The position numbers and the translations under genes were made by a program. The notes under the pieces were generated by a model. The model ran no database searches. It was not told the DNA's origin and saw only the letters and a list, made by a program, of their open reading frames with translations. Positions 1 through 9,055 of a DNA stretch of 64,000 nucleotides are shown in pieces (the stretch's first letter is position 1; each line of letters starts with the position of its first letter). The stretch is from Bacteroidota bacterium (lineage in GTDB: Bacteria; Bacteroidota; Bacteroidia; Cytophagales; Cyclobacteriaceae), in assembly GCA_027592755.1 (NCBI GenBank), contig JAQCLE010000005.1, positions 11,909-75,908 of the forward strand, in the 5' to 3' direction.

Positions 1-450
1 AGTTTCAGGCAAATCAATATAGTTGTACAGCATATCGAATAACTCATCAGTGAACCCATAAATTTTTTTTAAGTCGGATTTAACCCTGAAGCGCCCTCCT
101 TTCTCACGATAGTTTAAAATGGTTGTAGAAAGCCGTTTATTTAAGCCCATTGAATCAAATTCCTGGAGTGACAAGGTATTGGGGTCAAATAAGAAGGGTT
201 TCAAATCAGGTACTTTACCTCCTGGAATCATTAGCGTATCCATTGCTATCAGTGATTGAACTTTTTCCCTCCATTGATCCATTAATTGTCGATTATTAAC
301 AATATCATTATTTACTAAAAAGATTCTTTTTAGAAGGGGTGGAACGAATAAAATGATGATTAAAAGGAAAATCAAAATAATAAAACCATCAGCTTCCTTT
401 CGTGAGCATGTGAAATATTGCCTTATCCTGGAACGTAATCGATGTAGCAT
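1..450 (-). CDS. ComEA-like helix-hairpin-helix DNA-binding membrane protein (N-terminal part; 3' end runs off the window)
   Basis: Absent from the ORF track because there is no stop in the window. The minus-strand ATG at 448-450 opens a frame that stays open to position 1. My own translation is MLHRLRSRIRQYFTCSRKEADGFIILIFLLIIILFVPP (one TM helix) ... LSLQEFDSMGLNKRLSTTILNYREKGGRFRVKSDLKKIYGFTDELFDMLYNYIDLPET. The second part resembles a ComEA-type HhH repeat. Confidence 0.55.
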   Translation of the reverse strand, partial: MLHRLRSRIRQYFTCSRKEADGFIILIFLLIIILFVPPLLKRIFLVNNDIVNNRQLMDQWREKVQSLIAMDTLMIPGGKVPDLKPFLFDPNTLSLQEFDSMGLNKRLSTTILNYREKGGRFRVKSDLKKIYGFTDELFDMLYNYIDLPET

Positions 451-637
451 GTTGTTATTAAACCGTTAGATAAAAATAAACATGGAAATCCAATTTATAA
501 TAGTTATGATCGTCGGTCATATTCAAAAATATTTCCAAGCCAATAAAAAATAATTTAAATTGGATTGATTATTAAAAGGATTTAATGACTAAGTTTTTTA
601 TAATCAGGATTAAATTCGCAGTTATATCTGTTTACAA

Positions 638-1909
638 ATGCATAGCGATTTTAGGGCAGTAGGTATCTCTTATAAGAATGCGCCGATTAGCGTGCGGGAA
701 TTGTTTGCACTTGATGAAGCTTCTTGCCGTCGCTTATTGCAATTTATAGGTGATCTCATCGATATAACCGAAGCTCTTGTGTTATCCACCTGCAATCGGA
801 CGGAAGTTTATTATAGTTCGTCAAGAGATCAGTCTGAAGACCTTATTAAATTATTGACACTTGGAAGAGAGCTAAAGGATATCAATCAGGTCAAGGAATA
901 TTTTGTCAGGTATAATGACCGCAATGAAGCTACCAGGCATTTGTTTGATGTAGCTGCCGGCCTGGAAGCCCAGGTTACGGGCGATTTACAGATCATTAAT
1001 CAGGTAAAAAACGCCTATCAATGGGCTGCAGATGAAAATCTGGCTGGACCCTTTATGCATCGGCTTCTGCATTCCATTTTTTTCACAAACAAAAGAATTG
1101 TTCAGGAAACACCATTCAGGGATGGTGCCGCATCTGTTTCCTATGCTGCTGTAGAGCTTATTGACGGATTGGTTAAAAACTTTAATAATCCTCAGATTCT
1201 TGTTCTTGGGATTGGTGACATAGGTGAAGATGTTTGTAAAAATTTGAAATCAATTGTTAAAGCAGACGTATTTGTAAGTAACCGAACTGAAAAAAGGGCA
1301 CGTGAAATTGCCCGGGAATGTTCCTTTAATATAATTCCATATAAAGGCGTGTGTGAAAAATTTAAGGATTTTGATGTAATCGTAAGTTCTGTAGCGACTG
1401 AACAACTTCTTATAACCAAAGATCTCATTGGAACGGATACGTATACCTTCAGGTATTTACTCGACTTATCTGTTCCGCGGAGTATTTCGGAGGATGTCGA
1501 AGAAATTCCCGGAGTAATCTTATTCAACATAGACGGTATTCAGGATAAGGCTTCTACAGCATTAGAAAAGAGAATGTCTGCAATTCCCGCTGTAAGTGCG
1601 ATTATTCAGGAAGCGGTTAGTGAATTTAATAACTGGACCAAAGAAATGGAAGTTTCACCAACAATAAACAAGCTCAAGAATGCACTGGAACAAATCCGCA
1701 GAGAGGAAATTGCCCGGTACCTAAAAAATAATACAGAAAAGGAGAGCGAAATAGTTGATAAGATTACTAAGAGTATGGTTCAAAAGATTATCAAATTGCC
1801 GGTACTTCAATTGAAAGCAGCATGCAGGAGAGGTGAAGCAGAGACTTTGATAGACGTTCTTAATGATCTCTTTGATCTTGAAAAACATCCTGAAAAACTA
1901 GATTCCTAA
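638..1909 (+). CDS. hemA: glutamyl-tRNA reductase
   Basis: 423 aa. It has the active-site Cys motif VLSTCNRTEVYY near the N-terminus, the central Rossmann segment ILVLGIGDIGE and a C-terminal dimerisation helix region. Confidence 0.9.
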   Translation: MHSDFRAVGISYKNAPISVRELFALDEASCRRLLQFIGDLIDITEALVLSTCNRTEVYYSSSRDQSEDLIKLLTLGRELKDINQVKEYFVRYNDRNEATRHLFDVAAGLEAQVTGDLQIINQVKNAYQWAADENLAGPFMHRLLHSIFFTNKRIVQETPFRDGAASVSYAAVELIDGLVKNFNNPQILVLGIGDIGEDVCKNLKSIVKADVFVSNRTEKRAREIARECSFNIIPYKGVCEKFKDFDVIVSSVATEQLLITKDLIGTDTYTFRYLLDLSVPRSISEDVEEIPGVILFNIDGIQDKASTALEKRMSAIPAVSAIIQEAVSEFNNWTKEMEVSPTINKLKNALEQIRREEIARYLKNNTEKESEIVDKITKSMVQKIIKLPVLQLKAACRRGEAETLIDVLNDLFDLEKHPEKLDS

Positions 1910-1931
1910 GGTAGGTTATAGCATTCACCAG

Positions 1932-4175
1932 ATGGTGCTTCAATCGATAAAATTTCTCTCGTTCTTTTTATGTCTGACCTATTTGTCATCAGGGACGGCC
2001 TCATCTTTAACGAAAGAATATCAGGTTTTTCTTTCCCAGGGGAAAAAAGGATTGCGAGATGACAACGGGTTGGTTGTGATACCGGCAACTTATGATAATC
2101 TTGGATGGTCAGACGGGAACGAAAATCCAGTTGATGATGTTTTGGGATACGAGGAGAATGATAAATGGGGTATCATTAGTACTTCCAATTCTCGGATTAC
2201 AGATGCGCTCTATGAAAAGCTTTACCCCGTGAAGGGTGACATGCTCATCAGTTCCAGAAAGTCAGATTTTTCATCCAAAGCAAGATTCGGTGTTTTGGAC
2301 AAAAGTGGTAAAGCTGTTGTTGGCTTTCAATATGCGAATCTTGTTCCTTGCAAAAATAAACTTTTGGCCAGTCAGATAATTTCCGGTGAAAACATGGCTT
2401 ATGGCCTTATTAACTATTCTGAAGAAGTCATTATACCTGTGGTCTATGGCAGTTTACATGAGGTAAACACTGGCTATGCAGCCAGTGAGAGTGGCTTATT
2501 TGCCTATTTTGATGAAACAGGAAAGCAGCTTACAAAATTTAGCTATGATCAGATTCAACCGTTGAATGACAAATATTCTAAATGTCTGATAAGGGGAAAA
2601 ATAGGGCTATTGGATAGAAAAGGGAACGTGGTTGTGAACCCTGAATATAAGTCAGCAGAATTTGTCAACGATAGCCTGGTACTGTTGACTGAATTCCCAT
2701 TATGGGAATTTGTTCTACCAGGTAAAGAACCTCTTGCAATGTTCAGCTATGATTCAATGGATCCTGTAAGCCACGGAGTTTATGAAGTAAGTGCCAATGG
2801 CCATAATGCCCTCATCAATATTCAGGAAGAAGTAATTGTTGAAAAAGGGCAGTGGAGTATTGATCTTTTGGATGAGCAATTTGTATTGGTTGAAAACAAC
2901 CAAAAATTTGGTGTGCTTAAGGAGGGAGGAATTTCTTTGATCCCGATGCAATACGACTCAATTTATTATTCAGGGGAACATTTTTTTGCCTTGAAAGATT
3001 TCAACGGAAAACCTTTGTGGCAGATATATTCAACATTTGGCACACCCATAAGTTCCACATATTTTGAAGCAGTAGGCCTAATGAATGATGGCTTAATGCC
3101 AGCAAAGAAGAATGGATACTGGGGTTATGTTGATTTTAGTGGGCATGTGGCCATCGCGTTTAAATACGATCATTCATCTTCATTCAAAGATGGAAGAGCA
3201 AGGGTAAATTATCTTGGGAACTATGGTATTATTAATTCAGCTGGCCAATGGGTTGTTAATCCGGAGCATGAACAAATCGAGGTAATCAATAAAGACTTGT
3301 TTATTAGCAGGAGGGCGGAAAGGTCAGACATTATCAATTCGGCAGGTAAAGTGGTATATCAAACCTATCATGCATTGGAGGCGCATTCCCTGGGTGTTAA
3401 AGAAGTTACATCGAGTGGTAAATACGGATTGATAAATGAAAAAGGAGAGAGAATATTGGCGCCTGAATTTGATTATATCTCTGATTTGAAAGATGATCAA
3501 CTAATGATCGTTAATAGAGATGATGACTGGGGTGTGGTTGACAGAAAGGGAAGTTTCATCATAAACATGACGGATGAATATCAAGAGATCAGGGATTTTT
3601 CAGAAGATTTTCTGGTGATAAAAAAAGATGATCGTTATGGTTTCATTGACCTTAATGGAAAATTAAGAATTGCCAATAGGTACGATGATGTTCAAACCTT
3701 TAACGATGGACAAGCAGCTGTAAAAATTTTGGGGAATTGGGGTTTTATTGACCGTTTGGAGAGGCTAAGCATTCAGCCCAGGTACGACCGCATTGGGGTT
3801 TTTATCAATCAGGTTGCTATCGTGAAGGAGGATGGCAATTTTGGGTTGATTAACAGAGATGATGAGGACTTGATTGATATAGTTTACGACTCGATCTGGA
3901 CTTTATCGTCGGGTTCATATATGATAAAGCAGAATGGTCAATATGGACTGGTATCCAGCAATGGCACCATGAGAATAAATCCAAAATACGATTACCTCGA
4001 GGAGAATGATAACGGGTTTGTGATCATCGAAAAACGTAAAAAAACGGGCGTTTTGAATTCGATGGGACTCGATATCATTCCTTCAATTTACGATCAGATT
4101 TATTACGATCAACTCAACGGGCATTACCTGCTCAAAACCGAGGGAAAAACGAAAAAACTGGTCTTAAGCAATTAA
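1932..4175 (+). CDS. secreted WG-repeat (KWG-like) protein
   Basis: 747 aa with a signal peptide (FLSFFLCLTYLSSG). It carries more than 14 degenerate repeats of about 35-40 aa, with cores KWGIIS, RFGVLD, AYGLIN, KIGLLD, KFGVLK, YWGYVD, NYGIIN, KYGLIN, DWGVVD, RYGFID, NWGFID, NFGLIN, QYGLVS and KTGVLN. Confidence 0.75.
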   Translation: MVLQSIKFLSFFLCLTYLSSGTASSLTKEYQVFLSQGKKGLRDDNGLVVIPATYDNLGWSDGNENPVDDVLGYEENDKWGIISTSNSRITDALYEKLYPVKGDMLISSRKSDFSSKARFGVLDKSGKAVVGFQYANLVPCKNKLLASQIISGENMAYGLINYSEEVIIPVVYGSLHEVNTGYAASESGLFAYFDETGKQLTKFSYDQIQPLNDKYSKCLIRGKIGLLDRKGNVVVNPEYKSAEFVNDSLVLLTEFPLWEFVLPGKEPLAMFSYDSMDPVSHGVYEVSANGHNALINIQEEVIVEKGQWSIDLLDEQFVLVENNQKFGVLKEGGISLIPMQYDSIYYSGEHFFALKDFNGKPLWQIYSTFGTPISSTYFEAVGLMNDGLMPAKKNGYWGYVDFSGHVAIAFKYDHSSSFKDGRARVNYLGNYGIINSAGQWVVNPEHEQIEVINKDLFISRRAERSDIINSAGKVVYQTYHALEAHSLGVKEVTSSGKYGLINEKGERILAPEFDYISDLKDDQLMIVNRDDDWGVVDRKGSFIINMTDEYQEIRDFSEDFLVIKKDDRYGFIDLNGKLRIANRYDDVQTFNDGQAAVKILGNWGFIDRLERLSIQPRYDRIGVFINQVAIVKEDGNFGLINRDDEDLIDIVYDSIWTLSSGSYMIKQNGQYGLVSSNGTMRINPKYDYLEENDNGFVIIEKRKKTGVLNSMGLDIIPSIYDQIYYDQLNGHYLLKTEGKTKKLVLSN

Positions 4176-4621
4176 ACCAGTATTTGAGAAGTGTGATCGG
4201 CAGTATTAACTTTTTCGATAATTTCTGCAATTGTTCCATTCTCATCGATTACGAAAGTAACCCTGGCAGTTCCCATATATTTTCTGCCGTACATTGATTT
4301 CTCAACCCAGGTGCCAAATTGTTCGTGGATTTTTTTATCAGTATCCGCAATCAGTTGAAAGGGCAATTCAAATTTTTCAATGAATTTTCTATGTGATTTT
4401 TCGTCATCTGAACTGATCCCCAGTACTACATATCCCTTTTCCTGGAGGAGCGAATAATTATCCCTCAGGTTACATGATTCAGCTGTGCAGCCAGGCGTGT
4501 TGTCCTTTGGATAAAAATATAGTACAACTTTTTTGCCTTTGAAATCATCAAGTTTTATGGATTTGCCATCCTGATCAACCCCTTCAAATGAAGGTGCTTT
4601 GTCTCCTGTTTTTAATTGCAT
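4172..4621 (-). CDS. bcp: thioredoxin-dependent thiol peroxidase (Bcp/PrxQ peroxiredoxin)
   Basis: 149 aa with the peroxidatic/resolving Cys motif FYPKDNTPGCTAESC. Its stop codon overlaps the convergent stop of the WG-repeat gene. Confidence 0.9.
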   Translation of the reverse strand: MQLKTGDKAPSFEGVDQDGKSIKLDDFKGKKVVLYFYPKDNTPGCTAESCNLRDNYSLLQEKGYVVLGISSDDEKSHRKFIEKFELPFQLIADTDKKIHEQFGTWVEKSMYGRKYMGTARVTFVIDENGTIAEIIEKVNTADHTSQILV

Positions 4622-4625
4622 TTTT

Positions 4626-6551
4626 CTAAATAGTTTGTTCGTAAATTATTTCATTGCCAACCTGATCCTCAACTTTAAGTTTCAATTGACCATTAAAAGG
4701 AATGTCGGGGTTTAATTTTTCAGACCAAATTAATTTTTTCTTGGAGTCATAATTCATTAATACCCAATCTCCATTTACAGTTACCTCATAAGACTTGATG
4801 CCCGACATCTCATCATCAATGATAAACCTGAGTTGAGCCTCATTTATTGCAATAGTGTTAACAATCGGAGGGATCGAATCGATGTCAATGGTGAAATTTA
4901 CCAAATCTCGAGTCAAAAAGGCCAATTGATCGGCCACCCATTCACCACCAAAATATCCAAGTTTTCCTCCATTATCAATACTATACACTGATGTTTTTGC
5001 TTTGTTTGGATACTTCATTGAAGGCTTAAGCGTTACCTTAACATTTGATTTAAATGGATCCATCAAATGATTGAATTCAAAAAGCTCGCGATTTTTAAGA
5101 CTGTCAATTGACTTTCGGGCTTTAAGGTAAAGCGTATCAAAAAGTGTGTTTTTTTTGAACTCCAGATCAAAATCATTGGAGAAGTAGCTGAACTCAACTG
5201 AGGATGGAACCATCGCTTTGAATGCCATTGTTTCTACAGAACCGCAAAAATCAATTGAGTCTGGAAGGCCATCTCTAAGATCCCAGAGATAGTACTCCCA
5301 GTTTTTCTCAGTGAGATAGGGCTCAAGTTCATACCCGAGACGATTAGTAAAAAGGGTAAGATGATTTGAAACTGTATCCTGGGCTTTCTTTCTTATTTCC
5401 AATGAATTACCCGAGACGTGATGATTCACACCGTTCCAGGATTGATCTAATCTTCCAACAGAAACAACAGCATTGGTTTGGAATTCCCATTCGGTTGTAT
5501 TACCGTAGGTGTCTGTCATTCGGGTTTTGAAATGATGTGATTCACTATCGTCAATGTCAATTATCCCAAGGGTAGCATTGGTTTTATAAAAGGAAAGATC
5601 ATTACCATCATCAACATACATTTTATTATAACGGCGCCCATTTTCAATCATGTTCTCATAGTTGGTATGAACAAGTATTTTTCGGCCTTCGTTGAATGAT
5701 AGTGACTTGATATTATGAGTGAAAATTAATTCTTCATTGTGATAGAATTCGAGGCAGGGTATGCCATATCGGTTATTTGTTTCATCAAACCTGTCGTAGG
5801 CATAAAGTTCAATTCCAATCCTTCCTTTCAGATTGATTGGTTTAGCCAATTGGTAGACACCGTCTACGTTTTTGACATTAACTTCAAATCGACCAAACTT
5901 ATCATTGACCCTCGAATCCAAATCCATTGATCGGAAAGCAATGGCCGAAATCTCGGGGGGGCGATTGTCTTTTATTTCTTCGAATCCAAATTCCAGGGGA
6001 TTAAGAGCAATATGGTTTTGATCCCGTATTTCGAAATGGAGATGTGGTGCAGAGGAAGATCCGGTATTGCCCGATGCTGCAAGTAATTCACCCTTTGTTA
6101 CCGGAAACTGATCTTTTTGAGGGAAGAGATCCACTTCATACGACTTCTTTTTGTATTGCTGTTGTCGTACCCAATCGGCAACATCTTTTTTAAACTCACG
6201 GAGATGCGCATAAACCGTGAAGGTGTTGTTAGGATGTTGTAGATACATGGACTTTCCATATCCTCCTGTTGAGACCTTAACCCTGCTTAAAAAGCCATCT
6301 GCTGCAGTAAATACTTTGTATCCCTCCACGCCACCGGTCTTGATGTCGATACCGGTATGAAAATGTGTAGCTCTTAATTCGCCCATTGAGCCAGAAATGT
6401 AATTTATTTCCCCGGGCCTGATCGGAAACATATAATAACCTTTCTGATTGTATATATCATCCGAAGGCATGGTAAACGCCAGCAAAAGGGCCGAAATCAA
6501 AATCCATTTCCCTTTACCTAACATTAAAATCAAGGAGCTTCTCACCTTCAA
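4626..6551 (-). CDS. M23/LytM family metallopeptidase with a long C-terminal extension
   Basis: 641 aa. The HTGIDI (HxxxD) and SSAPHLHFEIR (HxH) zinc motifs are present, with an N-terminal hydrophobic anchor. The start may instead be M10 (6524). Confidence 0.85.
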   Translation of the reverse strand: MKVRSSLILMLGKGKWILISALLLAFTMPSDDIYNQKGYYMFPIRPGEINYISGSMGELRATHFHTGIDIKTGGVEGYKVFTAADGFLSRVKVSTGGYGKSMYLQHPNNTFTVYAHLREFKKDVADWVRQQQYKKKSYEVDLFPQKDQFPVTKGELLAASGNTGSSSAPHLHFEIRDQNHIALNPLEFGFEEIKDNRPPEISAIAFRSMDLDSRVNDKFGRFEVNVKNVDGVYQLAKPINLKGRIGIELYAYDRFDETNNRYGIPCLEFYHNEELIFTHNIKSLSFNEGRKILVHTNYENMIENGRRYNKMYVDDGNDLSFYKTNATLGIIDIDDSESHHFKTRMTDTYGNTTEWEFQTNAVVSVGRLDQSWNGVNHHVSGNSLEIRKKAQDTVSNHLTLFTNRLGYELEPYLTEKNWEYYLWDLRDGLPDSIDFCGSVETMAFKAMVPSSVEFSYFSNDFDLEFKKNTLFDTLYLKARKSIDSLKNRELFEFNHLMDPFKSNVKVTLKPSMKYPNKAKTSVYSIDNGGKLGYFGGEWVADQLAFLTRDLVNFTIDIDSIPPIVNTIAINEAQLRFIIDDEMSGIKSYEVTVNGDWVLMNYDSKKKLIWSEKLNPDIPFNGQLKLKVEDQVGNEIIYEQTI

Positions 6552-7125
6552 TATATGCTTTTAAGTTATTACCAATTTGTACCGGTCCTACTCCCTTTGG
6601 TGTTCCCGTGAAAATCAAATCGCCTTTTTTTAACATGATAAACTGCGAAATATACGCTATCAGAAAAGGTACCTTATAAATCATGAGTGATGTGTTTCCG
6701 TTCTGGACATTTCTACCGTCAATTTCCAGATGAAAGTTGATATCGTTCAGATCATCATAATTGCTTAATGGATAGAAATCTGAAATGGGAGCCGACCCAT
6801 TGAACCCCTTGGCCAGTGTCCATGGCAATCCTTTACTTTTGGCCTCTGATTGCAGGTCTCGTGCCGTAAAATCAATACCGATGCCAATTTGCTCAAAATA
6901 TTTATTGGCGAAACGCTCTTCTATATTCTTGCCATGTTTGCAGATTTTGATGATGATTTCCACTTCATGATGGACATCATTTGAAAATGAAGGATAGAAA
7001 AAAGGCTGATTACGTGTAATAACCGCCGTTTCTGGCTTAAAAAAGATCACTGGAGAGGTGGGAACTGCATTATTAAGTTCCTTGATGTGATCTACATAAT
7101 TTCTTCCTACACCTATAATCTTCAT
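6514..7125 (-). CDS. fumarylacetoacetate hydrolase (FAH) family protein
   Basis: 203 aa. MKIIGVGRNYVDHIKE..., HHEVEIIIKI, GIGIDFTARDLQ and TGTPKGVGPV match the FAH/2-keto-4-pentenoate hydratase fold pattern. Confidence 0.85.
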   Translation of the reverse strand: MKIIGVGRNYVDHIKELNNAVPTSPVIFFKPETAVITRNQPFFYPSFSNDVHHEVEIIIKICKHGKNIEERFANKYFEQIGIGIDFTARDLQSEAKSKGLPWTLAKGFNGSAPISDFYPLSNYDDLNDINFHLEIDGRNVQNGNTSLMIYKVPFLIAYISQFIMLKKGDLIFTGTPKGVGPVQIGNNLKAYIEGEKLLDFNVR

Positions 7126-7254
7126 AAAATTAGAAGTTCAACAAAACTAAAAAGAAAGAGCGCTAAATCGTGACTCTTTATGTCAAGGGATAAAACAATA
7201 CCTTTTAAGCGGCGTTGAATTTGAAAATTTATCCTTTTTCGTATAGTCAATCTG

Positions 7255-7262
7255 TAAATTTG
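7255..7262 (+). promoter_or_regulatory. candidate Bacteroidota -7 promoter element (TAAATTTG)
   Basis: It matches the TAnnTTTG consensus and lies 25 nt upstream of the ATG at 7287. I found no well-spaced -33 TTTG. Confidence 0.25.
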
Positions 7263-7286
7263 CCAAAACTCAAAAATTATATTTTT

Positions 7287-8087
7287 ATGATAAAGAACGT
7301 AATTGCTTCATTATTCATTGCTCTGGTATTTTTGTCAAATGGCTGCTCTAAAGTTCCAGTGACTGGTCGTAGCCAATTAAGCCTCGTTAAAAACTCTGAA
7401 ATTATTCCAGCGAGTTTTGAGCAATATGAACAAGTTAAGAAGGAGAGTAAATTATCGAATGATGCGGAGCAAGTCGCTATGGTAAGAAAAGTTGGGACAC
7501 GCATCCAAACAGCCGTGGAAAAATATATGAATGAGAATGGTTGGGGGAAAGAATTGAAAGGTTATGCATGGGAATTTAATCTTATTGAAGAAGAAACAGT
7601 GAATGCATGGGCTATGCCAGGGGGAAAGGTGGCCTTTTATACCGGAATTATGCCCATTTGCAAAGATGAAAAGGGTATCGCAGTGGTAATGGGTCATGAA
7701 GTGGCACATGCGATAGCCAATCATGGCAGAGAACGTATGTCTCAATCCATGGCTGCTCAATATGGTATGGCCTCACTTTCTGTAGCTATGGGTCAAAATC
7801 CAACAGGAACCCAGGAATTGTTAATGCAATCAATAGGAGCCGGGACGCAGTTGGGTATGTTAAAATTCTCGAGAACGCATGAGTCAGAAGCCGATCATTT
7901 AGGAATCATCTTTATGGCCATCGCCGGTTATGACCCGCATGAAGCACCGATTTTTTGGGAGAGAATGTCAACTCAAAGTGGGGGAGGTGCACCACCCGAA
8001 TTCATGTCAACACACCCCTCACATGATACGCGGATTTCCGATTTGAACAAATGGATGGCAGAGGCACTTAAGTATTATCAGAAATAA
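7287..8087 (+). CDS. M48 family metallopeptidase lipoprotein
   Basis: It has the HEVAHAIANH (HExxH) zinc motif plus a downstream ESEADHLG. I prefer the internal ATG at 7287, which gives the lipoprotein signal MIKNVIASLFIALVFLSNGC. The track ORF starts at a TTG at 7215. Confidence 0.85.
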   Translation: MIKNVIASLFIALVFLSNGCSKVPVTGRSQLSLVKNSEIIPASFEQYEQVKKESKLSNDAEQVAMVRKVGTRIQTAVEKYMNENGWGKELKGYAWEFNLIEEETVNAWAMPGGKVAFYTGIMPICKDEKGIAVVMGHEVAHAIANHGRERMSQSMAAQYGMASLSVAMGQNPTGTQELLMQSIGAGTQLGMLKFSRTHESEADHLGIIFMAIAGYDPHEAPIFWERMSTQSGGGAPPEFMSTHPSHDTRISDLNKWMAEALKYYQK

Positions 8088-8098
8088 TGGAAAACGTT

Positions 8099-8974
8099 CT
8101 AAATACTGGCAGTTTCGGCTTCCCGGTCTATTTTCTTTACCAAACCCTGTAACACCTTCCCGGGCCCACATTCAATAAATAGGCTTGCTCCCCCGGTAAT
8201 CATATTTTGTATGGTCTGTGTCCATCGCACAGGTGAGGTCAATTGAGCGATTAAATTTTTCTTTATGGTCTCCATATTATCGGAAGGTTGCGCATTCACA
8301 TTTTGATATACCGGACAAATTGGTTTATTGAAATGAGTAGCATTTATCGCCTCGGCAAGTTCTGTTCTTGCCGGTTCCATTAATGGGGAATGAAATGCTC
8401 CTCCAACCGGGAGTGGCAGGGCCCTTTTTGCTCCAGCTTCAATTAGCCGCTCACAAGCAATTTCTATTCCTTTTGTACTGCCTGATATCACCAATTGTCC
8501 CGGGCAATTGTAGTTCGCAGGAACTACCACGTCATTAATGCTTTCGCAGATTTCCTCAACAAGAGCATCTTCTAGTCCGAGAACTGCGGCCATGGTTGAA
8601 GGAGTTAATTCACAGGCTTTTTGCATCGCCAAAGCCCGCTTGGCAACAAGGTTAAGCCCATCCTTAAACGATAAAGCCCTGTTGGCTACTAAGGCAGAAA
8701 ACTCACCCAAAGAGTGACCGGCGACCATTTCCGGATTGAAGTCGTGGGTTGTAAGTGCTAAGACAACTGAATGTAGAAAAATCGCAGGCTGAGTAACTTT
8801 GGTTTGTTTTAATTCGTCAGCGGTTCCTTCAAACATAACATCGGTGATATTAAATCCAAGAATCTTGTTGGCCGAAGAAAAGAGTTCGGCAGCTTTATCG
8901 CTGCCTTCATGGAGTTCTTTTCCCATTCCTGGAAATTGGGATCCTTGTCCTGGGAAAATATATGCTTTCATCAT
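8099..8974 (-). CDS. fabD: malonyl CoA-ACP transacylase
   Basis: It has YIFPGQGSQFPGMG and the active-site GHSLGEFSA motif. The start is trimmed to the MMKAY ATG at 8974. Confidence 0.92.
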   Translation of the reverse strand: MMKAYIFPGQGSQFPGMGKELHEGSDKAAELFSSANKILGFNITDVMFEGTADELKQTKVTQPAIFLHSVVLALTTHDFNPEMVAGHSLGEFSALVANRALSFKDGLNLVAKRALAMQKACELTPSTMAAVLGLEDALVEEICESINDVVVPANYNCPGQLVISGSTKGIEIACERLIEAGAKRALPLPVGGAFHSPLMEPARTELAEAINATHFNKPICPVYQNVNAQPSDNMETIKKNLIAQLTSPVRWTQTIQNMITGGASLFIECGPGKVLQGLVKKIDREAETASI

Positions 8975-9007
8975 TGGTGATTTTCTGATCACAAAAATAA
9001 ACAATCT

Positions 9008-9036
9008 CCAAATCGTATAAATAATGATCGATTTGG
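9008..9036 (-). terminator. hairpin downstream of the T9SS cargo gene
   Basis: A perfect 8-bp inverted repeat CCAAATCG (9008-9015) / CGATTTGG (9029-9036) lies between the stop at 9056 and the fabD start. There is no clean U-tract. Confidence 0.35.
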
Positions 9037-9055
9037 AATTAAGTTACCCGGGAAA

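Noticed and set aside
7215-7286. N-terminal extensions of track ORFs from TTG/GTG starts. Examples are 7215, 9004, 24603, 32325, 32359, 49471, 50583, 51177, 58729 and 61956.
   Set aside because: In each case an internal start gives a clean signal peptide or the family-typical N-terminus and removes overlap with the neighbouring gene. I used the trimmed coordinates, but the starts remain unverified.
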